Shown here piece by piece: positions 38,460 to 48,500 of a stretch of DNA of 64,000 nt. The notes beneath the pieces were generated by a model, which did not search any database, was not told where the DNA came from, and saw nothing but the letters and a program-made list of their open reading frames with translations. The position numbers and the translations under genes were made by a program. The stretch is from a virus (lineage: Duplodnaviria > Caudoviricetes), in IMG/VR virus record IMGVR_UViG_3300034065_000151, positions 64,001 to 128,000 of that record. One strand, written 5' to 3'. Numbering within the stretch: position 1 is the first letter of the stretch; the number at the start of each line of letters is the position of its first letter.

Positions 38460-38983
38460 ACCTCTACCAATTCCACGATCACCCTGAATCTATCCATAGC
38501 CACGATAAAGCAGATACTCATGTAGTAGATGTCTTCTGGAACAAATATAAAAATAACCCTAAAGAACTAAAAACTAGAAAACATGCTATTACTAAATCTT
38601 CTAAATACTCTTTCTATTATGCCAGCGATATACTAAAAGGTAGATTCCCATTAGGTGAACCCGCCATCGCCACTGATCCCTATCAAGCTAAAGACTATGC
38701 CACCACAATACTTAAAGGTAGATTCAAACTAGCCGAACCCACTATCGCTAAAAATAGCTATGCTTCTTATATCTATGCACTAAAGGTTCTCAAAGGTCCA
38801 TTCAAATTAGGTGAACCTGCCATTCTTAAAGACCCAGAAGATGCATTACTATATGCTAAAAACGTTCTAAAGAAACCATGGCCTAAAGCTGAACCCATCA
38901 TTGCATCCAATATCTGGACAACCATAGAATATAATACATCCTTTAATCAACACCTAGCATATACACGTACCTATAAAATATAA
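38456..38983 (+). CDS. Helical-repeat family protein (4 repeats)
   Basis: Same head and repeat unit. Confidence 0.8.
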   Translation: MNLYQFHDHPESIHSHDKADTHVVDVFWNKYKNNPKELKTRKHAITKSSKYSFYYASDILKGRFPLGEPAIATDPYQAKDYATTILKGRFKLAEPTIAKNSYASYIYALKVLKGPFKLGEPAILKDPEDALLYAKNVLKKPWPKAEPIIASNIWTTIEYNTSFNQHLAYTRTYKI

Positions 38984-39090
38984 ACTACTCATGGATAAAA
39001 CTATTTTAAGTAATTGAGTGTTAACCAATAGTAATTTGTAGTAGGTTTTAGAAAAGTTAGTTTGTCCCTTTGAATCGAACGGAATCGAGA

Positions 39091-39546
39091 ATGAATCTTT
39101 ACCAGCTCCACTCAGCACCAACCAGCATATATGGACATGACAAAGCGCATGAGACAGTACCTGAACTTATCTGGAAGAAGTATGAAGGTAACCCTGACCA
39201 AGATGAGCAGCTCAAGAGGTATGAGGACATCCTTGCAAAGGATCCTGGGTATGCTTACAAGTATGCATTCCTGATTCTTAAGAAACCCTTTCCTAAGGGT
39301 GAGAAGGCGATTGCAACCAGTCCTGAATATGCTTTTAACTATGCTCTACATGTCCTTAAAGGACCATTTAAAGCAGGAGAACCAGCTATATCCAAGGATG
39401 CTTATTATGCAGTATGGTATGCTGTGGACGTCTTAAAGAAGCGGTTTCCTATGGCAGAAGACTTGATATATGATGATTATGACCTAGCCATTGAGTACAA
39501 TAGTATGTTACATAAGCATGATATAAAGATCCCACATCGACCATAA
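39091..39546 (+). CDS. Helical-repeat family protein (3 repeats)
   Basis: Start re-set to MNLYQLH. Confidence 0.8.
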   Translation: MNLYQLHSAPTSIYGHDKAHETVPELIWKKYEGNPDQDEQLKRYEDILAKDPGYAYKYAFLILKKPFPKGEKAIATSPEYAFNYALHVLKGPFKAGEPAISKDAYYAVWYAVDVLKKRFPMAEDLIYDDYDLAIEYNSMLHKHDIKIPHRP

Positions 39547-39653
39547 GTAAACCTTTTATTATATCACATGATAAGTAATAAGTGTAGTAAGTGTAGTAAA
39601 TATAGGAACTGTTGGATGATAATATCCTAAGTGAAACCTTCTATTATAACATA
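39547..39653 (-). promoter_or_regulatory. Two orphan leftward extended -10 promoter-like motifs flanking a short TAAGTGTAG tandem repeat; candidate origin element
   Basis: Minus strand TGTGATATAATAAAAGGTTTAC (39547-39568) and TATGTTATAATAGAAGGTTTCAC (39631-39653); third copy at 41722-41743. Confidence 0.5.
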
Positions 39654-39670
39654 AAAATTGGAACTGATGT

Positions 39671-40039
39671 ATGAAAGTTGCAGAATTATTTGAGGCCCGG
39701 ATTAAGTATAAGCGTCCAGATTTCCAGGAAGAATGGAATGAGGCGCAACGTTATCCTGAACTTAAGAAGCTTGGTAAACAAGGATGGATTAAGTTAGTTA
39801 ATGATGGACAGATTGTTAATAGTAAGACCTTATTAAATATAGGTAATATTGATTTAGATTTATCTGGTTTGGATAAGGCGAAGTTAGCCAGAGCTGAAGC
39901 GAGTATTAATAAGGGTGAGGTAGAGTTACCTATAGTGGTTAAGATTAATGGTAAGTATGATTTGCTTGGTGGTAATACCCGCTTTGCATATATGAAATCA
40001 AAGGGTATCAATCCTATAGTATGGTTAATTAAGATATGA
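39671..40039 (+). CDS. ParB/Srx-like domain protein with capsid-targeting-like N-terminus
   Basis: LPIVV....YDLLGGNTR motif; MKVAELFEAR start. Confidence 0.7.
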   Translation: MKVAELFEARIKYKRPDFQEEWNEAQRYPELKKLGKQGWIKLVNDGQIVNSKTLLNIGNIDLDLSGLDKAKLARAEASINKGEVELPIVVKINGKYDLLGGNTRFAYMKSKGINPIVWLIKI

Positions 40040-40527
40040 ATTTATATAAGCTACATGACAAACCTGAGAGTATCCATGGACATGATAAGATGGATACCCA
40101 TGTCATCGATGCATTCTGGGATAAGTACAAAGATAATCCTGCTGAATTAAAGAAGCGTGAGAAAGCAATTGCTAAACATACAGAGTATGCACATCATTAT
40201 GCCAATATATTAAAGGGACCATTCCCAGCTGGAGAAGATGCTATTGCTAAAGATGCATTTAGTTCTTTATATTATGCTGGGAGTATATTGAAGGGACGGT
40301 TTCCTAAGGGAGAGAAGGAAATAGCAAAGTATCCAGGATATGCTTATAGGTATGCTGAGTATGTATTGAAAGGGCCTTTCAAATTAGGTGAGGATGCGAT
40401 ATCAAAGAATCCTGAGTATGCTTTTAAGTATGCTTATTATATATTAAAGAAGAAATGGTCTAAAGGAGAGGATGCGATTAATAAGGATCCATACTTTAAG
40501 GAAAGATATGCAAGGGAATTTAAATGA
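40036..40527 (+). CDS. Helical-repeat family protein (4 repeats)
   Basis: Same head and repeat unit. Confidence 0.8.
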   Translation: MNLYKLHDKPESIHGHDKMDTHVIDAFWDKYKDNPAELKKREKAIAKHTEYAHHYANILKGPFPAGEDAIAKDAFSSLYYAGSILKGRFPKGEKEIAKYPGYAYRYAEYVLKGPFKLGEDAISKNPEYAFKYAYYILKKKWSKGEDAINKDPYFKERYAREFK

Positions 40528-41099
40528 ATCTATATGATATGCATCATGATCCTAAGAGTATCCATAAACATGATGAAGCCGATATGACAATACCTAAAGT
40601 GTTTTGGGATAGGTATAATCATATGCCATCTGAATTAGAGAAACGTGAAGCAGCCCTCGCAAAGAGTCCTGAGTATGCTTACTATTATGCCAGGGAAGTA
40701 TTAGATAAACGTTTCCCTAAAGGAGAAGCTGCCATTGCGACAAGTCCTAAGTATGCATATTATGCGTATTATGTGATAGATGGAAGGTTTCCTGTGGGAG
40801 AACCTGCTATAGCAAAGGATATAAAATACAGTGTGAATTATGCTATCCATGTAATACATGAGGAGTTTCCATTAGGGGAAGATATTATAGCGACTGATGT
40901 AGAGTATTCATATGAGTATGCATATGGATTGGGTAAAGTATTTAAGAAGGGTGAAGCTAAGATAGCAACAAATGCCGAGTATAGTTGTCTTTATGCTCTG
41001 TGGGTATTAGGAAAGAGATTCCCATTAGGAGAACCTGTGATAGCCAAAGATCTTCATTATAAACATGAATACAATAAACAGTTTGGAACTAACCTATGA
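40524..41099 (+). CDS. Helical-repeat family protein (5 repeats)
   Basis: Same head and repeat unit. Confidence 0.8.
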   Translation: MNLYDMHHDPKSIHKHDEADMTIPKVFWDRYNHMPSELEKREAALAKSPEYAYYYAREVLDKRFPKGEAAIATSPKYAYYAYYVIDGRFPVGEPAIAKDIKYSVNYAIHVIHEEFPLGEDIIATDVEYSYEYAYGLGKVFKKGEAKIATNAEYSCLYALWVLGKRFPLGEPVIAKDLHYKHEYNKQFGTNL

Positions 41100-41719
41100 A
41101 CTTTTATAAACTACATGATGAACCGGAAAGCATTCATAAGTACCAGGAAGCTTTAGATAAAGTAGTAGATGTATTCTGGCATAAATATAAAAATGATCCT
41201 GTTAAATTAAAAGAACGGGAACCAGAGATTGCTAAATCGGCAAAGTATAGTTATGCATATGCCTTTGGGGTATTACATAAAAGGTTTCCTGCAGGGGAAG
41301 CAGCTATATCTAAAGTACCACAGACAGCATATAATTATGCCAAGAATATAATACAGGGACCATGGCCAGAAGGAGAAGATGCCATTGGTAAAGAATCATA
41401 CTTTGCTTACTATTATGTAGAAGAATACCTTAGGAAGAAGTTCCCTAAGGGAGAAGCTGCGATCGCAAAGGATCCATATTATGCTGCTGAGTATGCAAGG
41501 ATAACAGGACAACCTTTTAAGGCAGGTGAGAAGGCAATTGCTACTAACAATTATGCATCGTATATCTATGCGAGGGATGTATTGAAGAAGCCATGGAAGC
41601 CTGGAGAGGCAGCTATCTTGAATGATAAGGATGGTACCGAATACAGTGAGAACTATATGAAGTTTTGTAATGAATGGTATGCTAACCAGAAGAAAAACAA
41701 AGGATCTAAAGATGAATGA
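41096..41719 (+). CDS. Helical-repeat family protein (5 repeats)
   Basis: Same head and repeat unit. Confidence 0.8.
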   Translation: MNFYKLHDEPESIHKYQEALDKVVDVFWHKYKNDPVKLKEREPEIAKSAKYSYAYAFGVLHKRFPAGEAAISKVPQTAYNYAKNIIQGPWPEGEDAIGKESYFAYYYVEEYLRKKFPKGEAAIAKDPYYAAEYARITGQPFKAGEKAIATNNYASYIYARDVLKKPWKPGEAAILNDKDGTEYSENYMKFCNEWYANQKKNKGSKDE

Positions 41720-41969
41720 AAGTAAACCTATTATTATAACACATTGTGCAGATGATGTATATGATAAATTTTGGCGTAAGCAGAAACCAAACACCAGGGT
41801 ATGTATTGATTCCTATGAGAATGAGATAGCAAAGATACCAGGACATGCTTGTGCTTATGCTAAGTATGTATTGGGTGGAAGGTTTCATAAGGGAGAGAAT
41901 GCTATCTATAGTGATTTGCATACTTCTGCTATCTATATACATTTCTTGGAGTCCTTGAATGATCAGTAA
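41712..41969 (+). CDS. Divergent helical-repeat family protein (1 repeat, head replaced)
   Basis: YAKYVLGGRFHKGENAI repeat; the MNLY head is missing. Confidence 0.55.
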   Translation: MNESKPIIITHCADDVYDKFWRKQKPNTRVCIDSYENEIAKIPGHACAYAKYVLGGRFHKGENAIYSDLHTSAIYIHFLESLNDQ

Positions 41970-42053
41970 AGTCACTGCCGATAAGATTAGATATAGCTTC
42001 CTTATATTCTGGACCATATACCTAATTGCTAATGCTATCAAATGGATGGTATC

Positions 42054-42407
42054 ATGAACCTTTATACATTACATGATCATCCTGAAAGTATCCATGGACA
42101 TGATAAAAAGGATTCACGAGTACCTGAACTCATTTGGGCCAAATATAAAAAAGATCCTGCTAGTATGAAAAAATATGAATCAGTACTCGCAAAGGATTCT
42201 CATTATGCTTACCTCTATGCCGCCAATATCCTCAGACATAAATGGTTAAAGGGAGAACCTGCGATAGCTAAAGATGCAACATGTTCCTGGGAATATGTTA
42301 TGCATGTATTAAAGAAGCCATTTCCTAAAGGAGAGAAGGCTATCCTTGGTAGTTCCTTTGCAGATGCATATAGATTAAACCTAGAAATATATAAAGATAA
42401 AGAATAA
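42054..42407 (+). CDS. Helical-repeat family protein (2 repeats)
   Basis: Start re-set to MNLYTLH. Confidence 0.8.
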   Translation: MNLYTLHDHPESIHGHDKKDSRVPELIWAKYKKDPASMKKYESVLAKDSHYAYLYAANILRHKWLKGEPAIAKDATCSWEYVMHVLKKPFPKGEKAILGSSFADAYRLNLEIYKDKE

Positions 42408-42449
42408 AAGCATTATGCTGTACACAAGTATCAAAGAATAGCAGTTTTT

Positions 42450-42512
42450 ATAGTTTCCTGGAATCCGATAAATATAGATACCTATCTCATCTATCATTCT
42501 CCAGGAAACTAT
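42450..42512 (+). promoter_or_regulatory. Perfect 13-bp inverted repeat covering the RBS and start codon, with late promoter GATAAATA (42467-42474) in the loop
   Basis: atagtttcctgga / tccaggaaactat(g). Confidence 0.75.
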
Positions 42513-45500
42513 GTCACAGAATTTAGACTTCAATAAGCTCCTTCCATCAGGCATACAAAACGAAACACTATCTAGTCTGGTCTCTAACCTGTTCAACCGC
42601 TTTGTCTCCACAGAACAATCTGTTAACATCGCAGGTACAGTCGGTATCCCTATCTCTGGTAATGCAATCATCCAACAACCTTCTCTCGATCGCCAAGAGA
42701 ATGCCCTAGTCCCCAGTCTCTTCTACCAATCAGGTAATAAAAAATACCTATACACCTTCGAAGACTTTGTTAATAAGATGGCAACTCTTGATATTGATAT
42801 CCAGGATATGAGAACCTGGATGGCTGAGCAGAGTTATAATTATTCCCCGCCTATTGACTATGATAAGTTTATTAGCTATTCTAATTACTATTGGACAGGA
42901 TCATCCTTACCAGCCGGATCGGGACCTTCATGGAATCCTAATAACGTATCCGAGTTTTATGTAATAGAACGTCCTGCTCTTAATGACACTACAAAGATGC
43001 CGGTGGTTGCTGCGACCACCTTTAACATTAATTTGTATGCAAACAATCGTCCACCTGAAACCTTTATCATTCAGTTCAGTTCACCTACCCAGTTCCACAT
43101 TGCAAGTAACCTTGGTGCGGTTACATCAAGTGTTACCACCTTGGTATCTACTACCCCAGAAGATATTACTCCAGTCATTATATCTGTTATCGATCCTGTC
43201 TTAGGACCTGGTAGTACTAACCTTGTTAGCTTTAATATCATTAATGGTACTAACCTATTCAATACCGGTGATTACTTTACCCTTAACATTAACTACTTCA
43301 CCAGTTCTTTATTCGCTACTCTATCTCCAGGTACTACTATCAATCAAGGTGCCATTGCTTCTATCCAATCACTATCTCCTATGATGATCATCGATGGTGT
43401 ACGTATTACTTCCGGTATGCGTATCCTCGTGAAGAACCAAACTGTACCTACCCAGAACGGTATCTACATCGTATCAACAGGTAATCCTTGGTCTCTTGCT
43501 ACTGATTCGACAACTACTAATCTTATTATTAACTCTGCAGTATATGTGACTAAGGGTTTGCTTAACATAGGAACCACTTGGAAGTATGACAATACGAATC
43601 ACTTTGTGGAGGTCGTACCTAATCCTGTACCTAATGTGAATGCGTGGCAGTTGTATAACTATTGGGTACACAAAGATGATCTTAATAGTTTGGCACAGTT
43701 TGGTATCTCACAGAGTAATAGTATCCAGGCAAACCGTCCTATCATTGAGTACACTAATAAGTTACAGATGAACAAGTTCTTTGATAGTACAGATACCCCA
43801 AGTGATTCTGGTATCTCTTACCTACAAACAAAGACTCGCTTCAATCAGATACCACAGTTCGATCTATATCGTTACGATGGTACACACGCAGGTATGACCT
43901 CCGGACTATTCTTCTATGCAGAAGGTCCTAACTATATAACAGACAACATATTACTCCGTAGAGTAGTAACTACATCGACAGGTGATTATGTATTCGGCAT
44001 TGGTCTTACTGACAGTCAAAATCAATTTCTTTACTTTAAAGACAATGGCACGCTTAAATCTATCTGGCAACCCGGTGTTACAACCGCTACTGCATCTACT
44101 CCATTATATAATGGGACTGGTAACGGATCTATAACAATCACCCCTACTACCACTGCTGATAACCAAGAGTGGACAATCACCTGTCTTACTCCTATAACCT
44201 TCTCAGTCAATGGTACACGTTCAGGTTCCATCGGTACACTTACCATCGGTACTACCTTTACCTGTGATGATCTTACACTCGGCATTACAGCAGGTACAAC
44301 TCCATTCATTCCAGGTGACAACTTCTCCTTCGATGTATGGGCTCCTGTATCTCCTCGCTACATCAAACAAAACCCAGATGGTTCCATCGTAAACTATCCA
44401 GGTGGATATGCTGCTGATCAAGCAACTGCTAATCCAAGTGGTGCGTGGTTGACACCAGGACGTATGTTCCAGAACTTGAGTCGTGAGTTGCAGCCTACTA
44501 TTGCCTTTGGTGATTTCATTAACCATGGTCGTGCAGTCTTGAGATTGCAGGATGGTTTTACTGGTGCTTCATTCGGTGATAACAATAGTAGAACACTATC
44601 ATTCAATCCTGGACTGGGTGGACGGATCAGAGAGTTCTCTAGTAACTTCCCATTGCTTGCCAGTATGTTAATTGAACAGGATATATCTGTTCTTACTATC
44701 CTGGACTTCATCCAACAACAATACAATATCGGATTGGCAAGTATCACCCAGTTCGTTAACAACTCTTTGGCTGAGTACTTAGGTCAAGGTCATATCATTA
44801 ACACAACCACCATCGATCCTAACGATCCAAGTATAGTTTCTTTTGAACAATACTTTGAAACCTTACGTGGTCAGAATATGAATTTGAGTACTGTGTTTAG
44901 TGATAGTACTGCGTTGGTAAAGAATTGGCCGGCGACATTACCGATGATAGGATTGTTACCGAAGGTACAGCCTACTATTGGGTTTGATGATGAGTTGAAT
45001 ATCCATACCATTGTGCATCATGATAATCATATTTCACCGGTGGTATTACCTAATGTTGAGTTTGATAAGATGTTAGTTAAGACAGTAGTAGATCGTCCTG
45101 ATGGAACAAAGAGTCCTGGTACCTTTGCACAGTTCGCTCCAGCTAATCCTTATCCTGGTCAACTCTGGATGCAAACTTCTACACAGTTGTTATATGTGTA
45201 CTATCCAACTGGTTGGATATTATTCAATAGTAGTTACCTACAGAACAGTTTAGTGTTAGCAGTTGAACAAAGGTTATATGATAGTGTACATCCTGCCCAG
45301 CAGTTGAATCTTAATCTTGAGACCGTACCTGTTACTACATCCCAGTATCAAGCAGTTGAGTTAGCACAGTTCGCGGCAGAGTATAACTATGATATGTTTG
45401 CTCCTGACTATGTTGCTACTAATGCATTTACCTGGAACTATAAGCAGGCAGTAGTACCTGGATTGGTGGGACCTACTCCTGCCCGTTGGTATGATTTATA

Positions 45501-48500
45501 CAATGATTACTTTGACAACTTTGGATCAGGTGTCTTGGCGACTGACCGACCTGATTTATATCCATGGAGATTATTAGGATATGCAACCGAGCCCGCTAAC
45601 TGGGCAAGTTTATATGCATGTACTGTTCAAGCGACAAGTAATGTAGTAACAGCAATTGTGTGTGCTAATAGTAATGATGGTTCTTTGAATGGTTTAGGTA
45701 TCATTGATGGTTATAATTTAAATACTGGTGATCGTGTATTATTAACTGCACAGACTAATCATACAGAGAATGGATTATGGATAGCAGGACCTGGTGCTTG
45801 GGGTCGTGCAAGTGATCCATTAGTGGATGGCTTAACTGTTAATGTCACTAGTGGTTCACAATGTGCAGGAACTACTTGGGTAATCACTACACCTAATCCT
45901 ATCCTATTAGGAACTACTCCTGTAACATTCCAACAAGCAAGAATCTGGAACATCAATATGTGGGCTAGTATCCATGCCACACATCCTACCTTAAAACGTT
46001 GTGTTAATATTAACACTGATATGTTATTACCGCCATATGTATCGTCAACAATACCTGCATCATTAGATGCATTATTGACAGTGATCCCTGTAGGAATATC
46101 TGATGGGTATGTATTTGGGGATAATGGTCCTATTGAATTGGTATGGAGAAAGTCATTAGAGTATAACTATGGATTGGCCCGTAGTTATTTTAGGTTATAT
46201 CCATTACAGTTCTTGGATAAGTCATGGGGTGAAACCTATATGTCAGTTGGAACTAACCTTCGTACTGAGCGTAACCTAATGACATCATTACCAAGTAGTA
46301 ATTTCTTATTGCATGGAGAACGTCTTACCATCAGTAATGTATACACACCTGCTGAGATACAAGCCAGAGTCCAAGGTCCTATTACCTGGACAGGAGCTGC
46401 TAATGTTTCCTTTGTGGTTACCCATTGTGCAGATAATACAACTGTCTTTTATGCATATGTGAATGGTCAGCTTCAAGGTATGGTCTATGAAGAAGTACCA
46501 TTCTCCTTTAGTTATACCGATCCTGTAACTGGTGCAGTGATATCTTTTGTTAATAATGTTATAGAAGATTTAGGTATCCCTTTCAATATGGGTGATACTA
46601 TCAACATCACCTTCTACAATGATATAGTAGATCCATCCTATGTTCCACCTGTTGCTAATCCACTAGGAGAACAAGGCTGCGTCATTCCTGGTATAGTTAC
46701 CACAGTAACAACTATTCCAATGGTACAGGTGTTACCGACATATGTGCATGTACCAGCGACTACAAAGATTTTTAAGGGTGTGGGTCAGTGGTTTACCAAT
46801 TTGATTAGATACAATAGTATAGACAGTGTAGTATCATTGACAGCAGAAGCGTATCGTGGATGGAGTGTTAACTTAGTGAATCGTATTGGATCATTGATGC
46901 GTCCTGATTCATTGGCGATTAATACTGCCCAAGGAGTTATGCCAGATACCGGATATAGTGTGGTCTTGAAGAAGTCCAGCAATACAAAGAGTCTATGGAT
47001 CAGCGGACTACGTATCCAATTAACAAAGGTAGGAGCTGCCACATTAACAGCACCTGGATATTATGTACCTGTTGGGGTTGGTGCTGATTGGGTATTCCGT
47101 GTTGAGGTTTACAATAATGCATATCCTCAGGCGACGTATTATGTATTGGATACTGCTGGACCTTATGAGACCTTTAATGTATTGGATCAGAGTGCTACCA
47201 AGTTAGCATGGAATCGATATATGAATGTATTGAGTACTGAGACGATAGTAATGCCGTTACAGATAACTGGTATACAGAATGTGATTAACTTTGTTTATGG
47301 ATATAGTAATTACTTGCAGGATCAGGGTTTCAAGATTAATGCAAGTGATGTACCGATGACAGATCAATTGACTGGACGTAATATCGATTGGCAGTTAGAG
47401 ATAGAGAAGTTTATTAATCAGGTATACTTAGAGATGTCACCTGGACAAGGTACCATCTTAAATCCATTTATGGATAAGTTATATGTACAGACTCCTATTG
47501 GGTTGCAGAGTCCATATACCGAATCTAATTTCATGGATGCCTTCTCTACCCAAGCATGTTATGATGTTATCGGAAGTATAATCCCAGTTAATAAATTGAA
47601 TGTGATTAGGACTGATGATCAGACTATAACGTATTCACAGACACCTATCTATAGTGCGCATATCTTCTTGGATGAGTATGAGCATGCGATTGTGTTTAAC
47701 GATAACTTTTCAAGTGATCCTGCATCAGCTACAGTCTTTAATAGTTTCTTGGGTGAGTATATGCAGACTGTATACTTAACCTTCTCCCGTCAGGATGTTG
47801 TCGATAGTAAACCTACCTTCGATGGCTTCTTCCTATCAGGTGATAATGTAGCCCGTAACTTTACCGCAGCCACAGATAATATTGCTAACTATTATGATTC
47901 TGACAAGACCTTTAATGATCCAGTAACTGCGCAGCATGCAATGTCTCTGGTAGGATTTCAGACCAAGGATTACTTTGATCAGATTGATATAAGTCCTACA
48001 ACCCAGTTGAATTTCTGGAAGGGTATGATTGCAGCTAAAGGAACTAACCTTACTATTGATGCCTTTGCAAACTATGTTGCGTTTAACAATACATCGACCG
48101 ATGAATTTTGGGCATACAAGTTAGCAACATATGGTGATGCACGTGAACGTACTATGCCAGAGTTGAAAGTACAACCAGCGGATGTAGTGGGAACCTTTAC
48201 CCAGTTACAGTTCTATTCTGCGAGTGATCCAAATTATGTGCCATTGCCATTATATACACAGGTGGAAGCGAATGATGATACCCGTTGGTATTCTATCGAT
48301 GATTTAGGAACTACCTTAAGGTTTGATGCCAATGCAATAAGTGAATCTGTTACAGTAACAGGAACTGGTGTACAGTATATTACCTTGAAGAATATCTATC
48401 ATAATGGTGACACAATGGCACCAGTAGTAACTGGACCTTCTGGTGCCAGTATTGTATCTGCGAATATGTTGAAGGTAACACAGGCAGGAACATATGAAGT

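Noticed and set aside
38112-42407. Diversity-generating retroelement or CRISPR explanation for the repeat array
   Set aside because: No reverse transcriptase in the window, no near-identical template/variable pair, and no identical DNA repeats with spacers. Similarity is at the protein level.
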